From Haliotis rubra (Eukaryota), in the NCBI RefSeq assembly GCF_003918875.1, contig NW_025766959.1:124001-188000 (forward strand): a DNA stretch of 64,000 bases, read 5' to 3'. This document shows positions 1-13,267 of this stretch, one piece after another. Numbering within the stretch: the first letter of the stretch is position 1; each line of letters starts with the position of its first letter. The notes below the pieces were generated by a model, which did not search any database, was not told the DNA's origin, and saw only the letters and a program-made list of their open reading frames with translations. The position numbers were made by a program, and so were the translations under genes.

Positions 1-2079
1 TATGGCTGCAATATTGCCGATCTGACGTTAAATAATAACTCACTCACTCACTCACAACGTGTTTTGTTGATAAAAGTATGAAAATGTTGTTGTTTTAAGT
101 AAGAAACTCTGTATATCGGGTATTACTGTTCAATCCACGTGCAGCTTTTAATTCGCCCGCAATTTTGACAACCTATCAAAAGTTTTGAAAAAAAGCAAAT
201 ATCAAACTGTGTAAAGAGACCTTTCTGTCTTCGATATAGCATCTATCAGCTGGAGTAGGTGAAAGTTTAATAACCCTTATCAATGAGGTTTTATATATTT
301 CATAACCGCGAGGGTTACACCTCATTCATCACCCAAAAATCAACCGTCCAAAATCCTAGTGGTGGCATTTGATTATGACGTCCTGATAAATATAAGCGAC
401 GAACCCTTTCCAGATCCATAAGAATCTTTTCCAAGACCAGAATCGATTGTATGATTTCGACGAAAACACTGGGATAAAATGCCGCAGTATAATTACCAAA
501 AAGTATACTGAATCCAAGCTCGATCTGACCATCCACGTGTAACCCCTCAATGCCGAACTTCAGGCAAGGTAACAAAAGGTACCATCGTTTGATGCATGAT
601 GCAGCAAGGTATCGAACACACGACCTTACGCGCTCCTGACAACCGCTATACCCTATACCTCACTGGATGATACGATAATTCATCACAATATTATGATAAT
701 TTAGCCAGAATGTCCTGTCTTACCGTGATGTGGTTATTGATCCCATTGGGATCACGATCTACCAAGTCTATCATATCTGCCATGTTTTATGTCCGAATGG
801 TCTGGAAACAGTCCGTGCACTAAGATATCTGACAACTGACCACTGATGTATTCTGACCTATTTATCAACAGCGTCCATGGATACGAGGAACAAAATCGCG
901 TCTCTTAGTGATTACCTCTCTTGGAGTTGGCTAATTGTTGTAAAGGATTAGCTCTTGCGTAACAGGCCGGTTGATGTTTTCAATGCTGGTACTAAGTGGC
1001 ATGAATGAATTCAGGATTACACAAAGAAACTGGTTTCACACCATTTGGCAGGTTTTAACATGTATGTGTTTGTGGAAATAGATAACTCACACCTTCACGA
1101 CTTCCATATGGTCACCTCAGTATCGGTTGCACTTCCACTAATTTTGCATTCATAATATGTTCATCACATATGCGCCGTCTGTTTTGACAAATACTCGAGA
1201 CTGTTGTTTATTCCTGACTTTGACTTTCTATTTTCATGATTATCAGTATAATCTTTTTTAAATATTCCTACCGACGGGGAGGGCCGTATATGGGGAGCGG
1301 GGAGGACGGTTGGCTCGGGGCACCTTAGTGTTGACGTTAAGGATCACAATGCCCTGAAGACTGAACTTCACACAGATAGAATATGTGCAGCCCTAGGTCC
1401 GGTCGGGTACGGTCTCAACAATCAGGATTCTGACAGAAGCATGTAATGAATTATTATAGAGAGTGAGGATAAGCCCCATATTGAAAACGTGGCTTTTTCG
1501 GGAATGAGTTTTACGCTATGTTAGCGTTGAAGAAACAGTATCAACAGTGTGAAAAAAACTTTACATTTCATCAGTAATATGTTCGAAAGGTATGTAAATA
1601 TATGCAGTTAGATATGAATTGAACATTGTCACTAAATCTTAAAACTACAATGACACACATAATAACTACTACCTCATATGGAAGCTATCAGTGCCACCTT
1701 CTAATTTTTTTATCACATTCGTCTACGTAGTTGATACGTATATGTACGTATATAATATTATAATCAGCTTATTAGAAGGTATCACTGTATTTTCTCGAAT
1801 ATTCGACAGTTGTTCCGCCTCTGTTCTATGTAATCTCTCTCTCGATTGATTGATAATTTATTTTGTTTGCCTTGATGTGTCTTTATTGGGTAGGATCAAA
1901 ATAGTCAATAAAGTAACACTTCGTTCAATGTGTCGAAGTTATATGGATGTATTTAAACTTAACGATGAAACTTTGAAATGACCTCAGTAAGTAAGGCCAA
2001 ATGTGCTGTTTGTTTGAACATTTGGAAATATCGGATGGAGTTTTGCTGACATTAATACAACATGAATGCTAAATATGAA

Positions 2080-2930
2080 TTCCCCATGTCTGTATGCATC
2101 GGGGTGGTGTATACGTGTAGACAAATACGAAAAAGTAGTGAAAACGCAAAACAAAAGCAATCATTACTATGGAACAGGACAGGTTCATACGTTTCGTACA
2201 GCCTTCGATAGACTCACCACTGTACCTCTACAGTTACACCAATACTAGGATTTCAGCCCAGACAGTGATGAACCATCTACGCGCCACTGGTATTCGACGA
2301 AGATGGCCATTCTGACTGATCAGCGTCGCCGGCTGCGGCATCAATGGTGTCAGGACAATTTGGTTTAGTGACGAGTACAAAAGACATGTATACATACGTC
2401 ATGGGGAACGTTACGTTCGAAACGTGCATGCAGGAAGTGGGCAGATTTGATAGTGAAAGTGTCACAGTGTGGGCTGCCATCTCCCACACCGGTAGAACAG
2501 ACTTAGTACACGTCCATGGCATTTTAACGTCACGACGTTACACAGGTGGAATTTTTCGGCCACAAGTCCTTTAAAAAAATCCAAGTACTGCCTTTAAGGC
2601 CTCCAAATTTAAACCCCATCTAACATTTGTGGGGTGCATTTTATCAAGATCAGCAACAGCCACTGAACTCACAGGAAGAGTGGCTGAACATTCCCCAGGC
2701 CATACTTCTTCATCTGATTGGTTCCGTGGGGCTTCGATGCCAGGCAGTTCTTGACCACAGAAGGTATTGGGAACAGCTGACCTTCTCCTTGACATTCGAT
2801 TATTTCACGTGGGTCCTCGCTTACCTCTGTCAGTGGCAGCGACTTGTGACAAATTTGAACAATTTATTGTAATTAAAAATTATTTAAAGTATACATCTGA
2901 AAAACACCTTTCCTGTTCTATTTGCAGAGT
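2080..2930 (+). mobile_element. Highly decayed Tc1/mariner transposase remnant
   Basis: Fragments such as RFDSESVTVWAAISHTGRTDLVHVHGILTSRRY and QEEWLNIPQAILLHLIGS resemble Tc1 catalytic and C-terminal regions; ends approximate. Confidence 0.7.
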
Positions 2931-4702
2931 GTATAACCAGTGTAAGTCAACTTCACAATATAACATCACCGTCACAGTAACGATTACAATACCTGAGTGT
3001 ATCGTTTACGTAGATAAAAGTATCCTCTAAGTAGATGTAGGCATTGCTTACGTAGGTGATATAAACTGAGGCACTGGTACGCTTCCATATCTTACCATAT
3101 ATGTTAGAAAGTTTCATTTGGTAATATGTTTTATACCTAGGTGTATATGCAAAAGAAAAATCACATTTCTTTTATAGCTTGGTTTTATTACAATCTCGTC
3201 ATGTTGGTTTGATTTTACGCAATTTTGAACAACATGTTTAATAATTACATCACTTTATATCAGCTAATAGGAAGAAATCCTAGTGATGAAGATATCATGG
3301 TGACAACTTTGGTGAAACCCTCAAGAATGATGTTTATATGGAAATTATGTTAGACCTATACAATAGAGCATGATGCCCTTATGTCACAAATACAAATAGC
3401 CGGGGTCATGTTTGTTTACTAGTTGTGTTTTCCCTACTTATAACGGCGGCCAATAAATGTCTTCAGTAGACAAATTAGAGGTTGATATTAGGAGCAATTG
3501 TCACGGCGCCTGTTCTGCCCTGGTCTTTGGCACTTGGATGTACAAGCATTAGGGTTCGGGGAGGGGGGTGTTAGAACGCCTCATGCACTAATGTACGCCA
3601 CAACTCGTTATGGTTAACACGATGATAAACATTTTTCGTATGTCAGATATTTGCTTTTTTTCATGTTGTTTCTCTGAAATCTGATTTTTCCAGGGTGCTG
3701 GCGATGATATCATATTTTTGTCAATATTTAAACAGAGAGTTATTATTGAGAGACACGCACATGCACACGCATACGCACGCAAAATCTGCATCTTGATACC
3801 ACCGAGTATTAAGGTTGCCTCAAATCATGATCTACTTTCCCCCATCAATCAACATTAATATTTTCTGGGGGGATACAGTAATAGATTTTATAAGTAATTC
3901 ACGCATACGCTGTTTTTGTCAAGTGATACATTTCGTTGTAACGTATCAGTCGGCAAATATCATAGACAACATTGCTATTTTATCTCCAAAACATATAGCA
4001 TTAAATGTCATTTTTGTGAACCTGGTATATCAAATTTTGATATCTACAAGCATCCCGGATGCACGGGACTTCTCCAGTGAGGGGATTCCAAGTCGAACCC
4101 ACCAGTAACCTTCAAGGAAATACAACTGAGACTCCCAAATACCACAGCCTTCTGTATTACCCATGGTGCCAGAAGATCTGTTTCCCGGCAGCAAACACTC
4201 GTACTCTTTCCATTCTCTTATATGTGAAAGTATAATTTTTTGTGGTTGACGTCGCAGATAAATAAAGCCGTCTTTCAACGGGAATAGTAAATTTTCACAC
4301 ACTGGGCCTCCTAACCGCCATATGTATCGTATATAGTTGTGTAAACAGTAATGTTAAATTCGGTTTTGTATGTATTGCAAGAATATATAACATTCTCATC
4401 TGGGGCTAACTGAATGCCGCCTATAGCTGGAATATTGCTGAGTGCAGCGTTAAACAACAAAACACAAACCAAGCTAAATTTCATGACAGGCTTGTCCTGC
4501 TTAACTGTCGTTGTGGGTATCAGGCAATGATGTGTCCAAGAAAACAATGCATTATATAAGGGACTGCTTCGTGGTCACTTCAGGCCAAGTCTACTTATAC
4601 AGTAAACGCGCTGTGATATAATGCCCAAAAAATTCAATGTAGATCAAAACACATCTCGCTCACGCACCCACACGCCAACCACCCAACAAGCCAAATCTTT
4701 GA

Positions 4703-4851
4703 GTGAGTGAGTGAGTGAGTTTAGTTTAACGCCGCTTTTAGCAATATTCCAGCAATATCACGGCGGGGGACACCAGAAATGGGCTTCACACATTGTACCC
4801 ATGTGGGCGTGACGAGCGAACGCTTTAACCACTAGGCTACCCCACCGCCCC
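4703..4851 (-). mobile_element. tRNA-derived SINE family A (B-box region deleted), TSD CCAAATCTTTGA
   Basis: GGGGCGGTGGGGTAGCCTAGTGG head, (CTCA)n tail; 12-bp direct repeats on the flanks. Confidence 0.85.
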
Positions 4852-5309
4852 CCAAATCTTTGAACGTACCACACTTGGCACTTATAGGAAATGTCTTCTT
4901 TATTACCGTATTCAAACAAAATATAACAGAGAAAAAGAGTACGTTTTCATGATTTATTTTCATTTATCAGTATTGGTGTCATGTTACCGGTTGTTAGAAT
5001 ACGTTATGTACGAACAAATTTTGAGAAAGGCCGGTAGGAAATGTGATAATTACTGATGTTGCTCAGTAATCAGTAATTTGTTTGACAATATCTTGTCTTC
5101 AGTTGTCTTTGTAAATGCATTGAACAGCATGCATCAATACACAGAGAAGAAAACTATTATGTTTCTTTATGTACTAGATGTATTCGAAAACAGTGGAATA
5201 ATTTCAAGTGTAGTCCAGCAAGGTGGAAAGATCAGCTCGTAGTCATATTGGAATGTCAGAGATCATGATGGTTGAAGGATACCACTGTTTTCGAGGCACC
5301 TACTCTAGT

Positions 5310-6384
5310 TTAATGTTTTTGAAAGGCTTGGAAGAGCAGGCCACAACCTTCACAGCAGGGGTCCAACAGACAGTGGACACACATCCCGTAGAACTTCTTG
5401 ATGCAGCCACAGTTCAGTTCCAAGAACTTGTACATTGGCGTGATGATCCAGATGTGGGCGAATGCGACCACAGCAAATTCACAACCCCATCGAGCAGCTA
5501 TGTAGATTCCGTAGAAAAACGTGAGAAGGTTGTAGACACAGCTCTTCCAGCAGTTGAAACACCTGAAGGAGTTGACCCACACACAGTCCAAGCTGTGGAT
5601 GCCCTCTGGCTCAGCCAAGATATCCTCGAAGGTGACCTGTAGTGAGATAAGAATATTTAACAAACATCTCTTCTCTGTTTTCATTTCGTCTTGTGGCAAA
5701 TCACCTTGTAACCATGGCTATTAGCAGACATATAGGATATTTCTTTCACAATACGTTTCAACGATCACTTACAAACAGTTGCATGTGTATTAACAACTTT
5801 AAATCTGTACCATAAAAATGCAGCAAATCACAAATATTATTGTAAGCATTTAATATCATGGTCAAACGAACTCTGTTTATTCAAACCTGTTTTGACGCAA
5901 GCTTCCAACAATGAATAAACACCTAACTTGTACCATCAGATATACCTGATCTTCTTGAATGTAAGTGTTTCGTATTGAAACTGTCCTTAACGTGCTAAGG
6001 ACAATGTATCCTATTGCTAACTGTACATGTTGCAGGTGATTTCTTTATGGAATTCAAATGTCAATCAGTTGTCATGTATATGATACATCACATACATTAT
6101 TGTTCAAGTGTACTTGCCCGTATGTTTCAACCAAGTAACACAAAGAGCGCTAGTCATTAAGTACCAGCCTTCAATGGTGACCACCCTAGCTGTTGTATCA
6201 CCATTAAATATAACTCAAGCAAAGTGATCCTTTTCTTAGATGCGTTTTGCAGTCCGTACTCAAAAACGGCTTCAATCATCACCGAGTTAAATCTGTTGAC
6301 AAGGTTAATGATACGTTTATAGTTATTTACCTGGATGTGGTCGTTGATGTTGTTGGGATCCCTGTTGGTCAAATCAATGTCCAT
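5310..6384 (-). CDS. Caveolin family protein, copy 1 (exons 6384-6331 and 5636-5310; 126 aa)
   Basis: Exon 1 MDIDLTNRDPNNINDHIQ, GT donor at 6330, AG acceptor at 5637-5638; exon 2 VTFEDILAEPEGIHSLDCVW...HIWIITP...DPCCEGCGLLFQAFQKH*. Caveolin signature FEDxxAEP; colinear with vertebrate CAV1/CAV3. Confidence 0.95.
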
Positions 6385-6455
6385 GGCTGAGCTAGGTATG
6401 TGATCAACTCCGAAGGTGTATGGTCAGCTGATGTCCTTCATTTGTGACCACAGAC

Positions 6456-6463
6456 TTTATATA
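6456..6463 (-). promoter_or_regulatory. TATA box of caveolin copy 1
   Basis: TATATAAA about 72 nt upstream of the ATG; position conserved in copies 2 and 3. Confidence 0.7.
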
Positions 6464-7399
6464 CGTCCATGTTAGTGATTGTATCCATGGACGCAACTGT
6501 AATCCCTGCCCAGTTACAAATGAAGACCTTGTAAATGAACAAAGGACCATTTCATAACAGATAATCCGAGTATTGTGTTCTCGGCGGAGCGTTTAATGTC
6601 TGTTTGCCTGTTGTTCAACGCCCCACTCGGCAATTTTCAACTATATGCCAGCCTGTAAATAAACGAGTCTGAACCAGGCAATCTAATGATCCAGTGATTT
6701 GGGATACAGTTAGATGTTTTAACCCAGTCAGCCAAGAGGGCCCACCCGATAACGTTAATTACTAGCCTCTTACAACAAGCAGGGGTTGCTGAAGACCACA
6801 TCTCGGGAAAGCCTGATTGCAAACATGCGATATCACTTACGGTTGAATTTGTTGAATTGTAACCACAATACAAAAGTATATTTTGATTGATCAAGGAATG
6901 TGTTCAAATGCTATACATTAGGTCGAGTTGGGTTGGCGTTCTTAAGGAAGAACAAGTCACATATTGTAATTAGATCACACAGATTCTCCAGTAAAAGTGT
7001 ATGCATGTGTTTTATTGAGAATTAGACGAGTAACGGGGAATCTGGTAACAAGCAGAGCTAGTTATACTAATAACCTAATTATGGATCTTGTATTAAAGCT
7101 GTCTTTCATAGTGTTTCATATCTGGAAGTAGAGCATTTCTACACCATTTCATACACGTGAAGATCCAGTATGGGGTGTCAGCCTCACTGACTGGTTGATG
7201 CATGTGATATCGTAGATCGATCCTCATGAGGGCATTCACTGGATTGTCTGATTGGTGTTTGTGGTTTAATATTCCAGCAACATGGCGGCGATCTGTAAAT
7301 AGTCGAGTCTGGACCAAACAATCCAGTGATCAACATCATGGGCACCGGTCTATGCAATTGTGATACGATGACATGTGTCAACCAAGTCAGTCTGACCAC

Positions 7400-7865
7400 C
7401 AGCCTGGTTCCCAGTGTCTGTTGCGCTAATGCTCAGACACTGACCCCGGCAACCATTACTGCAAGGCGGCCACTTATGTGTTGGGCAACACTTGATACAT
7501 TTACTGGAATAATTCGAGAACGGGAGGTTAGAATTTTTTCATAGCATCTTCATCGATACTATGGCAAATTATACGTCACCAGAACAACGCCCATCGTTAC
7601 CTTTAGCCCACGAAAACGTTATTTAAGTAGTTTCGAAACACGAAAATCGTCGTGACAAGGGCGAAATGTAAACAATAACACACACCTCATTTTCAGCACC
7701 GACATATGCGTTGATATTTCGTGTCAGCTCGCTTTTGTCACGAAATCGTACACATAAAACATGAACGACCACACTCATTGAATATAGTTGGCATCTTTAT
7801 TTTAACAAATTTGATGACATATATTTCGATGATTTGGACCCATTTACCCCTCTTGTGTGCTGGAA
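7400..7865. mobile_element. One arm of the long-TIR element family seen at 61241
   Basis: Colinear similarity to 61241-61690; interrupts a SINE-B copy on its left and is followed by the Tc1 copy. Confidence 0.75.
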
Positions 7866-7905
7866 ATAATCCGAACTAGAAAATGGTTCTTACCATATAT
7901 ATATA

Positions 7906-9290
7906 TACTGAACCTAATTGAAAACGCACCAGTGTAAAATTGTCCATATTTTCATCAAGATGGATTTCAGCATGACGATGATCAATGAATATAACTAACA
8001 TGAAGTCGAAGGGCATGTCCAGTTGAAAAAAAGGCTTTAGAAACAAATTCCTGTCGACAGTATGACTCTTAATTCCAAAATGCATCAACAAGCAGCCACG
8101 CCATAAATAAAGCACGAATTTCATTCTGAAATCATACTGACTGTGACATTAAAAGCAGGTGTCTGAGAACCGATTCTCATTGCTTCACTAACGATTGTGA
8201 AACGAGGACAGAAATTGCGAGGTTAACAGCTCACGAAAGAGAACGTGCACTAGGCATGATTCAGGTTGGCACCAGCAGCAGGGATATTGCTCGACAACTT
8301 GGACTTGGCCACTCCACCACCGTTAGGCTTCATAGACGACATCAGTAGACAGGCAGCACCCGTGACCTTCAATGACCTTGGCAACAACGTGTTACGACGC
8401 TCCATCAGGATCGCTAAATTGACCTTGTCCATTTCAGTGATTGAACATTGCCGACTGCCAGCACTGCTGCACTAGTTCAAGGTTGACGTGGGGGTCATCA
8501 GCGCTGACTCCATGCGACGCCGTCTACACGCTACAGGGCTCCATGCTCGACGTGGCATGGTGTGGTAGTCACTGACGAGTTACGTCTTCATCTACGTATC
8601 GCTGACTGCCGATTACGTGTTTGGCGTAGACCTGGTGAACGTTATGCTGATGAGTGTGTGGTTCAGACAGACCTTTGGGTGGTGGGAGTGTCATGGTCTG
8701 GGGTGGAATAAATTACAATCACAGGACTGCCTTCGTGTCTGTCAATGGAGAGTTTATGCCCTTTATTACCCTAAGCAGATTCTTCAGAATCACATCGTAT
8801 CTGTCTTCAATCACCACCAAGATGTCAATACTTTTCAACAGGACAACGCACGGGCACACACAACAAGACTTCCCATGCAGTATATGGCCCAGCAACACAT
8901 CCAGGTTATTCATTGGCCAGCACAGTCGCCAGATGTATCCCCCATGGAGCACTTGTGGGACGAAATTGGTCAAATTCATTCGCGGCGACAACAGATGCGA
9001 AACATCCGGGAACTCGAGGCTGCACTACTGCAGAAGTGGAATGCCATCCTCAAGAACTCTATTCGGACGCTTATTGACTCAATGAGGAGACGTTGAACTG
9101 CATGTGTCAATGCAAATGGCGGTCACACGCGATATTGACTTTTTGATTGACCCCACGTGTGTTTGATCCTTTCTGACTGTGGAACATTTCAATGAATGAG
9201 CGTCTTTTCTATGTTTTTGTCAGTCGTCCATCTGTTATTATCCACTCAAAAAATATAAAAAATATCAATTCCTTACACGTGCGTTCAGTA
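7906..9290 (+). mobile_element. Decayed near full-length Tc1-like DNA transposon
   Basis: RLTAHERERALGMIQVG N-terminus, GGGSVMVWGGI, FQQDNARAH, WPAQSPDVSPMEHLW, ANGGHTRY* in broken frames; partial TIRs TACTGAAC..AACGCAC..GTGTAA / TTACAC.GTGCGTTCAGTA, both next to TA runs. Confidence 0.85.

Positions 9291-9293
<3 letters not shown>

Positions 9294-9356
<63 letters not shown>
9294..9356. repeat. (TA)n microsatellite
   Basis: Seen directly. Confidence 0.97.
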
Positions 9357-9360
<4 letters not shown>

Positions 9361-9674
9361 TGAATAGATCTGATACATTTGAAACACATAACTGATTAAT
9401 TCAACTATCTATTTTTAACAACGTATGTTTTCAGAAATGGAATGATGATAAAGAAGAATTTATTTATTAGTTTTATTCATTTGGCATACATGTATATCAT
9501 TTCAATATAATATCCATGTCTCTTCTTCCATTTTGCGTCGGATTGATCATGGTGATGCAATAGCCATTGATCTTAAAAAGTACAACAACATCCATGGCAA
9601 CATGTGCGTGATGCTACCGAGAAGTGTTATTGGCCTGTTATCTACTGGATATGGAAAAATCACATGACTATGAT

Positions 9675-9889
9675 CTGAGACCATATAATGAATATTCCCT
9701 ACCCCACTCCAACCTCAGATACAGCTCCAGTTTTTTTTATGTAATTGGAAAACGCACACATTATGAACTATTGATAATGCTTAAGTTTGGTAAGAAATGT
9801 TTAGTAGAACACAGTTATTAATATTTCATAATGTGTCCGTTTTCCTATGACATAAAAAAATGTAGCTATATCTGTGTTTGGAGTGGGGT
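9675..9889. mobile_element. Palindromic MITE
   Basis: 9701-9889 is a near-complete inverted repeat (ACCCCACTCCAA.. / ..TTGGAGTGGGGT); related copy at 63222-63532. Confidence 0.7.
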
Positions 9890-10239
9890 GTGGGACCTGT
9901 TGGCATTAAAATCACAAGAGACAGTCAGCCAGTTTTTTTCAGTAAAAAGGACATAGGCCCATAATAAAGACAATGTTTGATTGCACGGAACACACGTGCC
10001 AGTGAAGTAATTAATTAAGTTTCCCTTAGCTGTCTTACTTCATACAAATGTAGACATGAGTTCTATACAGCATCAAAGTTTTCAAATGAAAGAATTTCGT
10101 TAAAAGATTTTGGTTGGTAGGTGAGTTTGTTGTCTAACGCTGCACTCAGCATTATACCAGCTATATGCGGAGGTCTGTAAATAATCGAGTCTGGACCAGG
10201 AAAATCCGGGGATCAACAGCATGAGCATCGATACGATAA

Positions 10240-10545
10240 AAGATGTTACAGTGTGGAACGTGATGTATAATTGTTGAAGATACATATTTCTTAGGGCTGA
10301 ATGATGCTCACATACAAGCAATATATGAAATTTATCTTCAACAAAAGATCTTCCCCTTCCTATACAATATTTACAAAGTCCTTCAGTGTATGGGACACTT
10401 CTGTATCTCCAAACATCGACTGCAGGTTTAAATCTACCACATCTGAAACGACTCATGCATAGTCTTAGGTGTTCAGTGACAGGGAGTAAGATACTTTTCT
10501 ATATTTATCAGTGATTAAAATGTTTTAATAGAAGGGATCAAATAA
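10240..10545 (-). mobile_element. LINE 3' fragment (same CCHC-type C-terminal domain)
   Basis: SRFRCG..GLCKYC..VEDKFHILLVCEHH. Confidence 0.7.
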
Positions 10546-11077
10546 ACTGTCGTGAAGACAAATCTGGATTATCTCCCTTGCTTGCTTTGCCGCCATGAAG
10601 TAGGGGAATAATGACTTTGATTTTGATTGTGTTACAGTATTCTTTGCCACATGTTATGCACGTGTTCAGTTAATATTTCTTACATAAAACCAAGACGTGC
10701 ATACAGAGAGTTCCATGTTCCAAAACGCTGTCTGCTAACCGCCATTTTGGATAGAGGGAGCCATTATTATTTTGAAATCTATTATGTCAAGTTATATATT
10801 TCCTCTCTCTGCATGTACATGTAAATGGTTAATTGTGAAACTACTGGTGTGTAATGGACGGTTATACTGATTCCTTAAGTGAAACTAATACGTCATTCTC
10901 CAAGTACTGCACATCTGCAGACGAACACAAATTAAGGTCCGTCCAGCTACGAACATATTATTTCACACATGTTCTTACATATGACGACCAACTTTGGTGT
11001 TTTTATCATTAAATGGACATTTCTAATGGAAACTATCTTAGCCGAATCACTAAGATGGAGGATGGATTCGTTAACGG

Positions 11078-11226
11078 GTGAGTGAGTGTGGTTTTATGCC
11101 ACTTTTTGCAATATTCCAGCAGAAATGGGGGACACCAGATATGGGCTACACACATTGCATTCATGTGGGGAATCGAACCTGGGTGTTTAGCATAACGCTT
11201 TAACCACTAGGCTACCCCATCGCCCC
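11078..11226 (-). mobile_element. SINE family A
   Basis: Similar to the 58136 and 62671 copies. Confidence 0.8.
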
Positions 11227-13267
11227 GAACCAGCTAGCGAGCACGTCTACGACGTTGGTTCTATACATGTATGTTGACAATACTCAAGATGAGGAGGATG
11301 AGGCGGTAGGCGCAGCAGAGACACACGACAACGTGTCCCAGTTGAAACCTCTGGCCAAGGGTCCCATTCAAGGAAACCAACTCCCGAGAACACAGAAGGT
11401 CGCCACAGACAGAGTATATGCTCAACATAAGAAAAACAAGAAGGCGAGAAAACAACAAGGCGGTCTTCATTACAACAGCAAACACATTCAATGTGCAATA
11501 TGTAATATTTGTGATACAATATGAACATGTTTTACACCCTGGTTTATTTTTTGTTTTGTTTTGTTTGGTTTGGTTTTTTGGGGTTTTTTTGACAACTAAG
11601 CAATTATACCCTTTTACATAATGAATTTGAAAAACTCTGCAGGCAACTCTACATCGATCTCTACAGGAAATGATGTTTACCTGTGAAGATGCGGATTAGA
11701 AGTGGTCGTAATCAACCCTTGCTTGCCGTAAGAGGCGACTAACGGGATCGGGTTGTCAGGCTCGCTGACTTGGTTAACACATGCCATCGTGTGTCCATTG
11801 AGTAGATTGTTGCTCATGCTCACAAACAAAGAAACTAAAGTAAATGAGGGGAGTAGACAATTCAGGCCACATTCGGTTATCTCCCCTAATGAGTTCATTT
11901 ACATCTTTGTAACCCTGTGGAATTAGTGCAGTAGATTTTATAGGGTCTCCCATTCATTGTTGTAAAGGATTTTGTAAATTTTCTCAAAGCTCCTTTTGAT
12001 GATCTTGTTCAAGTTGTACTGAAAACATTGGTTGCCATAGCAGGTTAGATCATTCATAGCTTTGTATATTTCATAAATCGAATCTTACTTCCTAACAAAC
12101 GATTTTGAAGATATGTACGAAGTCAACATTATGTATATGACTATAAACTACACCAATCCTCCGAGAACCCGGTTACGAAAGATCAAATAATACACTAAGA
12201 AATCTACTCCATGATATAAGAAAACGTTAGAGTAACAGTGATCCAAAGGCATATGGTGTCACAATGTGAAAATGCACCATTTCTATATCAAAACATCTGT
12301 CCAACAACTGATCACAGACGTTGACTATATATCAGCTACAAGCAGACAAACCTGCTGCTATCGGAGATTACACCTCATCCCCAAACGTGTTAACTGCTAA
12401 TCCTGCTGTCCATCCTCAGTCAACCTTTCACCCCGGTGTTGAGTTGAAACTAGTATGTCCCCGCAATGGACACTGTTTGTCGACCTACACCGTTTCCTAG
12501 TGCCGTCGATGCAAATGTCGTGGCCTGGATGATGCTGTAACTGAGATGAACAACGTGCACGTGGATTACAGATTGACCCAACAAGGTTAGCCTGCTCAAC
12601 TGTCATTGTGGACATCAGAGAGTGATTTGTCCACCTGAAGAAAGTATCTGTCATGGACTGTGTGCCCAGACCTGATTTACTGTAAGTCATTCAAACAGGT
12701 GCCCGGCCGTGACATAACTGAAATAATGGTCAACACAGATGAAAACCCACGTAACTCACTTTCTCAAATTTTTCTGTTTTTACCCTGTCAAGAAATCGTC
12801 AAACCGAAGCCCATTTCTGGTGGCCCCTGCCGTGATATTGCTGGACCATTGCTAAAAGCATCGAAAACCCCAACTCACTCACTCTTTAAATAGAATGCAA
12901 ACATAACAGACACAGATGCGTTTTGAGGATTTATTTTCAAGTTTTAGTATCATGTCAACTGTAATTATCTTTATGAATATGTATATTAGTTAAAAAAAGT
13001 GATGATTACTGATACCGTTCAGTGTTCAGAATTGTCAGTCATTTCAAATCTTCAGTTCTTTATAAAATCCATGGATAGCATCCCGTGACAACAGAAAACT
13101 ACAACGATTCTCTGGTTAATTCATGATTTCGAAAATATACATGTTGTAATTCTACGTGTTCCATATGCCTAATTCTGACCATGTCAAAAATACCATCTAA
13201 CCACATTCGAACAGCCGAGACGATCGTGCGCATAGGATCTGGTTCTTTTTAAGGTTTCCCCTATGGT

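Noticed and set aside
200-580. Coding-like stretch near the window start
   Set aside because: Stops in the plausible frames and no recognisable motif.
5223-5642. Long antisense ORFs over caveolin exon 2 (also 13412, 19477, 27737, 38689, 56960)
   Set aside because: Shadow frames of the caveolin coding strand; starts and ends differ between paralogues.
9192-9395. Low-complexity ORFs (IY, CV, GW and HPSI repeats here and at 25234, 26081, 54325)
   Set aside because: Translations of microsatellites.
11255-11524. 89-aa ORF with acidic, basic and Cys-ending segments, possibly a piggyBac C-terminal relic
   Set aside because: Cys pattern incomplete and no other support.
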